Below, piece after piece: positions 1-13,125 of a stretch of DNA of 64,000 nucleotides. Source of the DNA: Eledone cirrhosa (lineage: Eukaryota). The stretch spans positions 378,448,001 to 378,512,000 of the forward strand of contig OZ024740.1 in assembly GCA_964016885.1 (NCBI GenBank), written 5' to 3'. A program made the position numbers and the translations under genes. The notes below the pieces were generated by a model, which worked only from the letters and a program-made list of their open reading frames with translations, searched no databases and was not told the DNA's origin. The stretch's first letter is position 1, and each line of letters begins with the position of its first letter.

Positions 1-3000
1 AATACTGGAATTCTGTGATGCAAATAACCTAACTATCTGTAACACTAACTTCAAAAAACGAGACAATCACTTGATCACCTATAGATCAGGGGAACACGCC
101 AGTCAGATAGATTATATCCTTACCAGAAGACGTGATAGAGTGTCTGTTGTAAACACTAAATCCCTCCCCCATGAAGAATGCACCTCCCAACATAGACTCA
201 TAGTCAGCGACCTCATAGTCAGGACAAGATGTACTCGACAACAGAGGAGGACTATCCTCAGGAGAAAAATATGGAAGCTAAAGGACCCCACAGCCAGTAA
301 TAAATTTAAAAGCTTGATGTTTTCGACAGTAAGGAAGAGCAATTAGAGTCGTACAATATAGAGGAACAGTGGGAATTCCTGAAAGCTAACCTGCTGAAGC
401 GGCAGATGAAGTCTGTGGCTGGAGCAGGAGGAGAGTAACGTGGTGGTGGAACAGTAAGGTGGAGAAGTCAATTAAGGCCAAAAAGCAGGCTTGGAAAGTA
501 TGGCGGGATGGGGGGAAGTAGAGAAGACTACCAAGTGGCCAGGAGGGAAGCTAGGAGACAAGTGTACTTCGCAAGAAGGGAAGCAGAGGAAAGCAAGTTC
601 AAGCATGTTCTACAATGCGAGGACCAAAAACGTGAGGTGCTCAGGATTGCTAGCAATGTGTCAAGGAAAACCATGATATTGTCGGGGAGAAGTGTGTCCT
701 TAATGATGGTGGTGTACTTGCCATCACTGACGCTGATAAGAAGGTAGCTTGAAAGTGTCACTACGAAAGGCTACTAAATGAGGAGAATAAATGGGAGAAA
801 GACAGTCTCCCCCACATCGATCCAATAGAGGGACCAGCAGTGCTAGTTGAAGGTAGTATAATAAGTAAGGCAATCAAAGATATGAAGACGGGTAAGGCGG
901 TTGGGCCTTCGGAAATAGTTGCTGAAATGCTGAAAGCATCTGGAACGGTGGGACACACTATGGTCACCTGGATAGTAAACCAAGTCATACAGAATGGGGC
1001 CGTTCCGAAGGACTGGCGTAGCAGCATCATCATTAACTGCTACAAGGGTAACGGAGATGCCCTAGATAGGGGTAACTATAGAGGCATTAAATTAATCGAC
1101 CAGGTCATGAAGGTCGCAGAAAAAGTAATAGCGCAACTAATCAGAGAACGAATTGATCTAGATGAAATGCAGTTTGGGTTTGTGTCAGGTAAAAGTACCA
1201 CAGACGCTCTTTTCATTGTACGACAACTACAGGAGAAGTACCTAGCTAAAAGTAAACCCCTATACTTAGCTTTTGTTCTCTTGGAGAAAGCCTTTGACAG
1301 AGTCCCCCCGCTCCATTATCTGGTGGGCACTTAGAAAACTAGGTGTTGATGAATGGCTTGTGAGAGCTATACAAGCCATGTATAAAGAAACAGTCAGCAA
1401 GGTTAGAATTAACAATGAATATAGTGAAGAGTTTAGCGTAAAAGTTGGTGTTCATCAGGGCTCCGTTCTTAGCCCCATACTATTTATTATTGCCCTTCAG
1501 GCTATAACAGAGGAGTTCAAGACCGGCTGCCCATGGGAACTTTTATATGCAGATGATCTAACGCTCATGGCTGAACTAGAGAAGAAATTCCAAACATGGA
1601 AGCATGGCCTAGAATCAAAAGGCCTTAAAGTTAACTTGTCTAAGACTAAAGTTCTAGTTTGTAGGAAGGAAAATAGGGCACCGGTCCCATCTGGGAAATG
1701 GCCATGCTCAGTGTGTAGGAAAGGAGTAGGCAAAAACTCCATTTTATGTCCCAAATGCAAAGTATGGGTGCATAAAAGATGTAGTGGGATCACAGGTAAG
1801 CTAACTAAGAATATAGATTTTATATGTGGCCGGTGCTCTGGTGCAATAAGTATCAGCAAGTGCCCATAAAATACTAGCTCATTCCATTGCCCAGATGGTT
1901 CTATAGAAATAGTGGACACCTTCCGTTACCTGGGTGACAAAATCAGCTGTGGGGGAGGGTGCTCTGAAAGTACAGTAGCTAGAGTCAGAACGGGATAGAA
2001 AAAGTTCAGAGAGCTTATACCACTATTGGCCGCTAAAGGGTTCTCTCTAAAAATGAAAGGCCGGCTGTATGATGCCTGCATACGAGCAGCAATGTTACAT
2101 GACAGTGAGACCTGGGCATTGTGTGCAGAGGATATACGCAGACTGGAGAGAAACGAAGCTTGCATGCTCCGCTGGATGTGTAATAGTAATATATGTGAAC
2201 AACAAAGCATAAACGAACTAAGGGAGAAATTAGGAATAAGAGGGATCAGATGTTGTTTACTCGAGAGAAGACTACGTTGGTGCGGTCACGTGATGCGCAT
2301 GAAAGACGACAGCTGTATAAAAAAGTGCAGGGCGATAAAAATAGACGGTAGCCACGGACGACTTAATAAATTCCGACCTCACAAACTTACACCTCTCCAA
2401 GACAATGTCACTGGACCAAGATCTTTGGCGCTACACAGTCATACAGAAGACCCGCCTTGCCTAAGTACAAAGCAAAACCTACAGTCAGTAGGCACCTCTA
2501 ACAAAATACCCCCCCCCCCCCCCGTCCTACTACCCCCACCCCTTCCACACCACCCCCTTAAATGTGAAGTTATGTCGGTACCATAACATCCAGTCCGAAA
2601 CAAATGAGGTCGTGTAGGTGTCACGACAAAAAAACGCACAGTTCACGCTGTAATGTGGCCATGTAGGTAACACGGTAAAAACCTCCCAGTCCACACTGTA
2701 AATGTGGTTGGTGTTGGGAAGGGCACCCAGCCGTAGAAAACCTGCCAGACGTGTAGGTGTCACGACAAAAAAACACACAGTCCACGCTGTAATGTGGCCG
2801 TGTAGGTAACACGGTAAAAACCTCCCAGTCCACACTGTAAACGTGGTTGGTGTTAGGAAGGGCATCCAGTTGTAGAAAACCTGCCAGACAGTCCTATATG
2901 AGCAGGACAACAAATCTTGCCTCAAGTGGGAAAACTCCCTTCCAAACCCATGCAAGCGTGGAAGATGGACGTTAAACGATGATGATGATGACGATGATGA

Positions 3001-3001
3001 T
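1..3001 (+). mobile_element. RTE-clade LINE, decayed and cut by the window start: APE endonuclease C-terminus, RT, PHD-like finger, 3' UTR, (GAT)n tail
   Basis: Frameshifted ORFs 71-346 (SQIDYIL...QHRL, APE end), 840-1334 (NYRGIKL, QFGF), 1273-1869 (GVHQGSVLSP, YADD) and 2026-2586 (RRLRWCGHVMRM). Premature stops at 1867 and 1996. Ends GGACGTTAAAC(GAT)n. Confidence 0.95.
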
Positions 3002-3899
3002 AGTTATGAAGAAACGTTTTTTCCTATCCAATATAATCCAAGCCTTTCAGCTATCTCTACATATTTAACAGACAGCCAAACATCACTTAAACAATAGACT
3101 CCCTGATAATACACCTCCTGCAACCCTTTTAAGCAACCCTAAATATAGCATCTTGGTATTTTCAAACACTTGTTATCGGTTACCTACCTAGAAGAATGGG
3201 TTCATTAGTTGTACTACAATCCCAACTGCACCACCCACAATTTGGCATCTTCACTCTCATTAATTTATACCTTCTACTTCTTTCCATCATGATCAAGACT
3301 TTATCTTTTTCTCAAGTATTTATGTATTTATTCATTCATTTTAATGTTATTTGTACTCAATTCTAAACTAGTAGAGTTTCTTTATGGGGTATGTGTGGCA
3401 GTATCATTGCTACACCTTATAGGTGAAATCCCCTTGCTAAAAATAAAACACCCATAAAGGTATCACCAGTCATGTGATGATGTGGGGAGGGGGGAATGTG
3501 AAACTTGAGTAGCAACATTCTTACTCAGCTTTGAATCATCATCATCATAATTTAAAGTCTGTTTTCTTTGCTAGCATAGATTACACACACAAACACACGC
3601 ACTCACACACACTCACACACACACTTGTAAATAAATGTACATGTATACATTTACATACATATATTTTCATGCAAGTCTATTTTCAATTTTATCCATATTT
3701 TCTCAGTACTATAATTAATAAGTTTATATTCTTTACTGGTTTCAGTCATTAGACTGCAGCCATACTGGGTCATGGCCTTGAAGGAGTTTAGTCGGTCATA
3801 TCGATTCCATCATTTTTTCATGTCTCATATATATTTATCAATATCCTTTTGTTGAATTGCTAAGTAAATGTAAGCATAGATACAAGTGCACACCTACTC

Positions 3900-4072
3900 T
3901 TATATGATAAGCTTTTGCACAGTTTCTGACTACCAAATTTCATATATAAGGCACTGGTCAACTCAAAGTATAGTAGAAGACACTTGCTTAAGGTGTCATG
4001 CAAGGAAACTGAACCCCAAACCATGCGGTTGTGATGTAAACTCCTTAACCGCACAGCCATGTTTCTGCCTCT
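3900..4072 (-). mobile_element. tRNA-derived SINE, family A (CORE-like), diverged
   Basis: Minus strand reads ATGGCTGTGCGGTTAAG...GGTTCAGTT...CCTTAAGCAAGTGTCTTCT...GAAACTG, with A/B-box-like motifs. Related copies at about 21075-21230, 23910-24040, 39340-39480 and 60965-61100. Confidence 0.7.
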
Positions 4073-4074
4073 GA

Positions 4075-4351
4075 GATAGTGTGCAGGAGAGAAGATTGCT
4101 TGGTATGGATATGTGATGTGCATGGACAATGACCGATGGGTGAAGAAATGCCAGGAAATTCCAGTAGAAGGAAGCTGCAATAGAGGATGACTAAGAAAGA
4201 CCTGGGAAGAGGTTGTGAGAGTGGACCTCAAATTGCTAAGACTGGCAGAGGAGATGATGAAGGAATGCGGCAAGTGGAGAGATGCTATGCTGAGAAGGAC
4301 CCGTCCAACCCATGCAAGCATGGAAAAGTGGATGTAAAAATGATAATGATA
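4075..4351 (+). mobile_element. Old RTE LINE 3' fragment
   Basis: Degenerate ERRL-WYGYVMCM...KKTWEEVV coding end followed by the CCAACCCATGCAAGCATGGAAAAGTGGATGTAAAATGAT tail. Confidence 0.8.
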
Positions 4352-4786
4352 ACACACATATATGCACATATATATATATGGAAGAAGCAATACAGTTGGA
4401 AGATACAGAAATTATTGAGGTCTCCTGTTGACAGTTGATGAAGGGAATACCTACAGTACAACCTGTATGTAGAATATTGAATATGCACATATACTTACAG
4501 ACACACACACAAACACACATATGAGCATGACAACCTCTCTAATGTTGGTGAGACAATAAACACACCCAGTACACCCTGAAGGACTTTTCAGTTGTGTCAA
4601 AGTCATGACAACCTCTTTAGTGGTGGTGCCATGATAAAATACATCCAGTGTGGGAATGTATGTAAGCAAGATGCAGATCCCAGGAGTCATAGCTCTGATT
4701 AAGTACTAACTTAGTCTATGTCAACTCCTCCAACAGTTGCTAGCTGGGGAAACAGATATTAAATGATGATAATGATATATATATAT

Positions 4787-5011
4787 ACAGTCCACGCTGT
4801 AATGTGGCCATGTAGGCAACACGGTAAAAACCTCCCAGCCCCACACTGTAAATGTGGTTGGTGTTAGGAAGGGCATCCAACTGTAGAAAACCCGCCAGAC
4901 AGTCCTATGCGAGCAAGACAACCACTCTTGCCTCAAGTGGGAAAACCCCCGTCCAAACCCATGCAAGCGTGGAACACGGACGCTAAACCTGATGATGATG
5001 ATGATGATGAT
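4787..5011 (+). mobile_element. RTE 3' UTR-only insertion (extreme 5' truncation) next to a (TA)n tract
   Basis: Near-identical to 41944-42163. Ends in (GAT)n. Confidence 0.9.
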
Positions 5012-5966
5012 ATAATGTGTGTGTGTGTATATATATATATATCACATTGTAAAAGAAGTCTAAGCCAACAACAAGCTAAGAATTGCCTCTGGTACTTGTC
5101 AAAATTATTAAAATAACATTAACTATTGAGCTAATGACGTTGTTTATTTATTGCATAAGTATTTATTATCAAATTTATGATGCTAAATAATTTCATATAT
5201 ATTTGCTTCCCTGATTCATATCCGATTTAGAATAGGCACACCAAATCCCTGTGTGTTGTGAGAAACGATCAGAAGGTTTGATGTCAGGAAGGGTATCTGG
5301 CTGTAAAACATTGCCTCAAAAATTTCCGTCCAAGTCATGTCAACATGAAAAGGTCAATGTAAAAAATGATGATGATTCTGTAGGCTAAAATTTATAATTG
5401 TATCAGTTTCCTCATTCCTACAAATTTTTACTTTGTTTGTTAATTCATAAGATTTGGTACATACCATCAAAATAAAAAAAGATATATTTAAAAAGTTAGC
5501 ACTTGTTAGTATTATATTATAAGGCTGTATCTAGCATTTTTCCTGTGTTTAAATGTTAACCAAATTTGAAAATCTGGCATGGTAAATTAAACTTAGGAAT
5601 CAAACTTACAAATCTTTTTGAATATATAAAGAAACTGTCATGGGAATACTGTACTATTTTCCCAAGGATCAGGTTTTATCAAGTTTATTACTTATCTTGA
5701 CATAGAAAATTCTGCTTGGAAATTTAAGTAATGAAAAGTTCCTTTCTCTTAACTTTTCAATTCCAATTTTTCAAATGGAGGAAAATATAAGTTACATTTT
5801 CAATCCAAAATAATGAGAAAGTTTGTTTTTGTTGTTATCTAAAAATTATACAGACGAAAAAGGTTCTTTGAACAAGGCCACTTCCCTGATGGTATAAAAT
5901 TCCTGTCATCTTTCCTACTTATTAATAGTTATACTGTCCCCTCAATCTATCTTATTTCTAATTCTT

Positions 5967-6002
5967 TCTTCCGATGAAGGATTAGCATCCGAAACGTTAA
6001 GA
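5967..6002 (+). ncRNA. Minimal type I hammerhead ribozyme-like motif (Penelope-associated type)
   Basis: TCTT-CCGATGA-A-GGAT-TAGC-ATCC-GAAA-CG-TT-AAGA. Stem I TCTT/AAGA, stem II GGAT/ATCC, palindromic AACGTT stem III. Core differs from CUGANGA at U4. Confidence 0.65.
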
Positions 6003-6116
6003 CCCTCTTCCTGTTACATCAAGCATTAATCTGATATACCCCTTCCATATGCTGTACCGATTGTGTTGTTATTTCTGTTTACCTTTTATATATATATACA
6101 TATATATATATATAAT

Positions 6117-6428
6117 GAGGCACATGGAATCAATCGAAAGGTTGTGAATTCAATTCTCTGACTGGGTGATGTGTTGTTTCCTTGAGCAAGACACTTTATT
6201 TCACATTGCTCCAGTTTACTCAGCTGTAGAAATGAGATGATAGGACTGGGGTCCCTATCATTCCACTGTAAAGTGGATGTGTAGGCACCATGGAAAAAAA
6301 GCACCCAGCACTCACTGTAAATGAGGTTGGTGTTAGGAAGGGCATCCAGCTCTAGAAATCAAGCCAGAATCAGTTCCCGTCACACCCTTGCAAGCAGGGA
6401 AAAGCAGATGTAAAATGATGATGATGAT
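6117..6428 (+). mobile_element. SINE family B (tRNA head, CORE-like body, RTE-derived tail), head partly deleted
   Basis: High identity to 54295-54643. Confidence 0.85.
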
Positions 6429-6748
6429 ACATGCGTGAACGACCAAGCATAGATGAGTTGAGAGAGAAACTGTGTATAAGAGGAATAAGTTGTAGTGTGC
6501 GGGAGAGAAGACTGCGATGGTATGGACATGTGGTGTGCATGGAGGATGACCGTGGGGTAAAGAAGTGCCAAAAAATCCCAGTTGAGGAAAACCATGAAAA
6601 ACATGGGTGGAGGTGGTGAGAGCAGACCTCAGATTGCTGAAGCTAATGGAGTAGATGACGAAGGACCGTTACAAGTGGAGAGATGCTGTGCTGAATAGGA
6701 CCCATCTCCCCCTTGCAAGCAGGGAAAAGCGGATGTAAAATGATGATG
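6429..6748 (+). mobile_element. Old RTE LINE 3' fragment
   Basis: ORF 6431-6619 ([25 protein letters not shown]). Same CCCTTGCAAGCAGGGAAAAGCGGATGTAAAATGATGAT tail as SINE family B. Confidence 0.85.
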
Positions 6749-9329
6749 TGTGTAGTGAAATCTCTACATATTTTTTCCATGATGGTTTTCTTAGCCTGCC
6801 ACATACGTCCAATAAAAAACTGACCGCATGCTGAGAACATAGATAATGTTCCCTTGCAGGAAGCTAACGACATCAGAGTCTCTGAAAAGGCTATCTTCTT
6901 AAAGTTTCTGAGCAACCTAATACTTATATATATATACAAGAGGCTTTTGACTACCAGCACAGATTCTGTTTTTCAACATGGCAAAATACAGTCTACCTCT
7001 TGTCTCTGGACAGATAGTTTGTTTGGTGACATAGCAATGTAGTCTGACACACAGACACACAACCTCATTAACCAGCCCTGCTGGAATCGGCACTAGCTGA
7101 GCCTGCTACCAGGTTAGTAAATATTACTATGGTATTTGCACACATAACATACTGCAATCTATACTTACATCTTTTTCCATTGTTCATTACTGAACATGAT
7201 TTCGAATAAAAACATTTAAATTAGTAGTGTCTTGTCCATTTGTTAATTCTTATATATGTGACTTGGAAAAATTACCGCCCCCCCACACACACACACACAC
7301 CTGACCACCTCTCTAATGTTGGTGAGACAATAAACACACCCAGTAGACTCTGGCTGGAAGGATTCTTCAGCCATGTGTCAGTTATGACAACTTCTCTAGT
7401 GATAGAGCCATGATAAAATGCATCTAATGCACTCTATAGAGTGTGGGAATGTATGTAAGCAAGATGCAGGTCCCTGGACTATCAAAAGGTATCCAGTCCT
7501 CCCCGTAAGGTGGTCATGCTGGTGATATGACAAAAAGCACTCAGCACTCAGGTGATCATACCAACTTGTCAGATGATAAAAAGTACCCTGTCCATGCTGT
7601 AGTGTGGTTAGCATTAGGTAGGGCATCCAGCCACAGAAACCAAGCTAGAAATAGTTCTGTATGAGCAAGACATGGTCACTTGATCTGATTTGTCTCACAA
7701 TATGACAACCTGTCTAACCAATGGAAGTATGGAAAATAGATATTAAACAGTGATGATGATGATGAAAAATATCTTTTAGAATTGCTAGGCAGTGCTACAA
7801 AATAGCTCCAACTTACCAGCTAAAACCAAATGAATAAAAGTCTGTATCTTTCTGCCATTTGGTCTTGTCCTAACATATCTTTCTAAATTCTACCCACTTA
7901 CACTACAAGCTTATATAGATCACTTTTATGTTTTCCTACTAAACAAAAGTGTGTGTGTGAGAGAGAAGATGAAAAGCCACAGATTGTTGAGTATAAAACC
8001 TAGATAAAAGGTTTGTACTCTGTGCCAATGGTGTTACATTATGTAAAGGTGTTTAACTCTAGATAGTACAAGCCCCCAAGATATAAATACAGGAAACTAT
8101 ACCATGAGGATAATTTATTTTGATAATCAGTGGCTGCAATGTAAAATCAACCAGTGTTTTTTTTTTACTTGCATTTTCCAATTAAACTCATCCTGTGAAT
8201 ATACTTCATGTTGAAATATATAAACTGCCTGTCTTATGGGGGCAGATTTTTTATACCTGTTTCTATGTTTATTTGTCCTACATAATGCCCCTGTTTTCTC
8301 AAGACACTTATGCATGAGAAGAACCAGATGACATGATGTCATCTTTGACTGGTGTAACATAAAAAAACAATTTTCAAAGAATTCTAGACAGTAATAATGA
8401 TTTATAATTTAGGGACAAGGCCAGCAATTTGTAGGGAAGGGAATGTTGATTATGCTGATCCCAGTTCTTTACTGGTACTTTATTTTATTGATCTTGAAAG
8501 GATGAAAAGCAAAGTAGACCTCTGTGGAATTTGAACTCAGAACATGGAGAGTTGGAACAAATACTGCTAAGCATTTGTCTAATGCCGATCCACCACTCTC
8601 AATTCTAGAGAGTAATTATGAAGATCTGAACATCTATTTCAAGAATGCCAATATCTGTAAATTACCTGCAAATGTTACACTTTATATAAAACCGAGTCAA
8701 AGTGTTAAAAGCACTTTTTTAAAAATGCTTTTCTCAATCAGACAGAAAGAATTTCTTTCCCAGCTCTATTATCAAAATGTTTTGCTGACATTTCAGTTTC
8801 ACATTCTCTTTATCAGAAAGGTGAGAGAATTTCTTCTATATCTTCAGACATCTTTTTTTTTCTGGCATGTTTGTTTTTGTAGAAAGGGTTAAAGTTAGAA
8901 GCTAGTTATTATATCATTGCCATTATTATTAATACCTCAATGATTATAACTCTCAGTTCTTATATACTCTTACTGCAATAGTCTCATGGTATTGTTTATT
9001 GAGATCTTTTCCTTTTAAGGCATTACACAAATTAAATAGACTAAATTTAACAGGAATGAAAAAATAATGTATTTTGTAGTCACTTTCTTTATGTTCTTAA
9101 AGCAAGGCACATTATTTGCTTTAATATATCTTAAAAAGAGTGTCCATATTTGTGTATAAATTGCTTGAGCATGTGGTATTTGACACATACTCCAATAATT
9201 TATATGCAAATATCAATATTTTTAAGCACTATTTTATTTGGATCAGAGTATAACAAAATTATATTAAATAGCTAAAAGGAAATGAAAAATTATATTTGTA
9301 ATTTAAAACATATTTATGTGCCCTTGATT

Positions 9330-10150
9330 CATGTAGCACTTGTATGTTATCCAGGAAAAGGTTTCAGGGTGATCAGGTTTATGATTTGGTCTGGAGGAAG
9401 AGAATGTGCCCATAATCATTGTAGGCCTTCTCAGATGGGGGAAATTGATGAGGTTAATGTTTTTCTTGAGTAGCTGCAAGTTGTGTGCTACAGGAACAAT
9501 ATTGGCAGAGAGATAATTCTGGAGAATAAGGACATAGAAATGTAGATAGTGTGTTACTTTGAGATGCAGACACAAAATAAGTGATATAATAAGAACACGA
9601 GAACCAGTAGTGCCTGAACAGATATGGCATGAGACCAGCTAGTTCTGAGGAGCAGAGGCCACTATAATACTGTTAGAAAAGACAGAGTGGGATGACAGTA
9701 CACCTGTGTAGCAGAGTATGTTGGAGAGTTACTTCATTTCAATCAGGCAAGTGGCTCTTTTTGGAACCTGTCTAGGATGTGTGTATGTGTAGAGGCAGCA
9801 TCATTCCAGATGTGAGAGTAAGATTCCATTCTGGGTCTTATTTAAACTTGAACATATAAAAAGTTAATAGTCGTTAGGAGCTGAAATATATTCACATTCT
9901 GAAGAAGACCAGTTTTTGTGATGTAGTCTTTGTTATGGTGAAGATGTTGGATCATAAGAGGAGAGATCCTCAGTAATGGGGAGGCTTTGCACTTAAAGAT
10001 TTTAGTTGCATGTTGATATTTAGGGAAGGGATATGATATTGTTTTCTTTTTTTATATGTGAGGTGATTGTGTTTTATGCTGCTGAAAGAAACAAGATTAG
10101 CATTAGAGAGTTTTTGAAGTGACTATCGAGGGCAGGTTTGGCATTAGGTA
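9330..10150 (-). mobile_element. Decayed CR1-group LINE 3' region (RT C-terminus)
   Basis: Minus-strand remnants RPRMESYSHIWNDAA, YYSGLCSSELAGLMP and NLQLLKKNIN resemble CR1/L2-group ORF2 C-termini. Boundaries approximate. Confidence 0.6.
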
Positions 10151-11282
10151 ACATGATACTGAACTAAATCTAGAATTGAACTTGTGAAAGTCTGGCATCA
10201 GGCAATATAACCTAGAATTGAACCTAGAACTTTCTTTTTATCAGCTAAATTGAATGTTCTAACTGTTTGCCAGTCAAAGATTATAACAATCAAAACATTG
10301 TGTCAACAATACATTCAAGATGAGGCAATAGAATATAACAGAAGGCAATATGAAAGATATCTTAGAAAAAATGTATAGGCGTTAGTGTTTTTTTTTCTCT
10401 CATATTGATATTTATAGAAGAACGAATGTGAAATAATCTTAAAACATTAAATTGAAGGCTTAAAAGTCACTACTAATAATATTAATAATTGTTTCTACTA
10501 ATAATAGTAATAATGCTACTTTAATTTCATTGAAACAGACAAATCTTTATCAACTAAGAAAAGTTAAAGTATTCCCATACTTCCTACATAGTATAAATAT
10601 TTGTAAAGGGCATTCTAATGCTGATGGTTGAGAAAAGTTTAGATTTAATAGAAGCCATTTCTTGAGATTAAATGAGGGAGGAGAGAGAGGATAGTGGGAA
10701 GTAGATGATTAAAGTTAGAATTCAACTGGCAATATGTTAAAAGAAAAAAAATATCATTCTCATGGTTAGAAAGAGATAAAAATATCTATTTGACTATTTA
10801 CTCTTTCTTTATCCATTCCAGTAAATAAAAAGAATAGTTCTTTCATCCACTATTTTTTTCACACTTTAGTCAGGGAAAAAATATAGTGCCCACGACCCAT
10901 TTCAGGGCCACTGAGACTTGAAAGTAGGAGGAGGACAATTTCTTCAAACTGGAGACCTGGTTCAAATTCTTGCAACAATGTGGACTTCACAAAGGCACCA
11001 AAAGGCTAGGTGGTATTGTTAAACCAGGCAAGGCATTGAGTCTACCACTCAATTAGACCACAGGAAGATTTTGCAAGGCATGCCATCCCATCCTCTAACA
11101 ATTCTACTAATCTCTGGCTCTTGAAAGAATGAAGGGCAAAGTTTACCATAGTGGAATTTGAACACAGAGTACAGAAACATGGAACAACTACTGCAAAGCA
11201 TTTTTATCTGACATTTTAATGACTCTGCTAATTCATCACCTTGAATAATTCAATAAGTATAGCCAGATAAATAATGAATAAA

Positions 11283-12537
11283 GATTAACTTGTCTAAGAC
11301 TAAAGTTCTAATATGTAGGAAGGAGAATAGGGCACTGGTCCCATCTGGGAAATGGCCATGCTCAGTGTGTAGGAAAAGAATAGGCAGAAACTCCATTTTA
11401 TGTCCCAAATGCAAAGTATGGGTGCATAAAAGATGTAGTGGGATCACAGGTAAGCTAACTAAGAATATAGATTTTATATGTGGCCGGTGCTCTGGTGCAA
11501 TAAGTAGCAGCAAATGCCCACAGAATACTAGCTCATTCCATTGCCCAGATGGTTCTATAGAAATAGTGGACACCTTCCGTTACCTGGGTGACAAAATCAG
11601 CAGTGGTGGAGGGTGCTCCGAAAGTACTGTAGTTAGAGTCAGAACGGGATAGAAAAAGTTCAGAGAGCTTATACCACTATTGGCCGCTAAGGGTTTCTCT
11701 CTAAAAAGGAAGGGCAGGCTGTATGATGCCTGCATACGAACAGTGATGTTACATGGCAGTGGGACATGGGCCTTGTGTGCAGAGGATCTACGCAGACTGG
11801 AGAGGAACGAAGCTTGCATGCTCCGTTGGATGTGTAATAGTAATATACGCAAACGGCAAAGCATAAATGAACTAAGTGAGAAATTAGGAATAAGAGGGAT
11901 CAGATGCTGTTTACTCGAGAGAAGACTATGTTGGTATGGTCACGCATGAAAGACGACAGCTGAAAGACGACAGCTGTATAAAAAAGTGCAGGGCGATCAA
12001 AATAGACGGTAGCCATGGAGTAGGCACCCAGAAAAACCTGGGATGACTTGATAAATTCCGACCTCACACACTTACACCTCTCCAAGACAATGTCACTGGA
12101 CCGAGATCTTTGGCACTACGCAGTAATACAGAAGATCCGCCTTGCCTAAGTACAAAGCGAAACCTACAGTCAGTAGGCACCTCTTAACCAAAATACACCC
12201 CGTCCCACTACCCCTACCCCCACCGCCATCAACACCACCCCTTTCGATGTAAAGCTATGTTGGTACCACAACATCCAGTCCTAAATAAATGAGGTCGTGT
12301 AGGTGTCACGACAAAAAAACACACAGTCCACGCTGTAATGTGGCCGTGTAGGTAACACGGTAAAAACCTCCCAGTCCACACAGTAAACGTGGTTAGTGTT
12401 AGGAAGGGCATGCAGCCATAGAAAACCCACCAGACAGTCCCAAGCAAGACAACCAATCTTGCCTCAAGTGGAACAATTCCCATCCAGACCCATGCTAGCG
12501 TGGAAGATGGACGTTAAACGATGATGATGATGATGAT
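11283..12537 (+). mobile_element. RTE LINE, 5'-truncated, same subfamily as 1-3001
   Basis: ORFs 11290-11652 and 11680-11949, 3' UTR and (GAT)n tail. Confidence 0.95.
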
Positions 12538-12599
12538 AAGAGCTTCTCTAATTACTGCAGTGACTTATTTTTGTGACATGTATGCTTATAATTTTTTCA

Positions 12600-13125
12600 T
12601 TACTATATTTTGACTGAAAGATACTCCATATTATTTGCAAATAATTTTGAAAAGAATTTGGAGGGATTTAGTAAAATGATTAACTTTGTAATTATGTAGC
12701 TGGTGTATGGAACATAACATGATAAAGGTTCTTACATAAAATTATGCTAGAATGGTTTTAGATCAGTGATTCGCAACCAGTGTGCCACGAGATCTTCTTA
12801 AGTGTCCCGCAAAATTTTGAATGGCACACTAAGAAAATGCAAAAGTAAGTTCATAGCTGTGTTTTTCTTTATTTAGTTTGAGTCATTCTATGTGTCTATA
12901 ACTTGCCATGTTTTTATTTTGTAAAATTTTATTTTGTAAAATTCAAATATTTTTCATATATATTTAGCTAGGTGTGCCACTATTTTTTCATGTGTTCCAA
13001 GGTGTGCCGTTGGCAAAAAAAGGTTGAGAACCACTGCTTTAGATAAATATAAACACTTTAAGATAAATAGCTTACTATTATAGAATCAAGGGTAGTTTCA
13101 GGTGGTTTTGTACCAAGAGGGTTAA
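12600..13125. mobile_element. piggyBac-like (GGG/TTAA-ended) non-autonomous element hosting the hAT MITE
   Basis: Ends GAGGGTTAA. Internal similarity to the element split by the LTR retrotransposon (49845-49966 plus 53620-53731). Left end unclear. Confidence 0.45.
12764..13036. mobile_element. hAT (Charlie-like) MITE
   Basis: TIRs CAGTGATTCGCAACC and GGTTGAGAACCACTG. 8-bp TSD TTTTAGAT/CTTTAGAT (7 of 8 match). Confidence 0.85.

Noticed and set aside
2608-2890. Regularly spaced repeats resembling a CRISPR array
   Set aside because: The spacers are not unique, there are no cas genes, and the context is eukaryotic. They are RTE 3' UTR modules.
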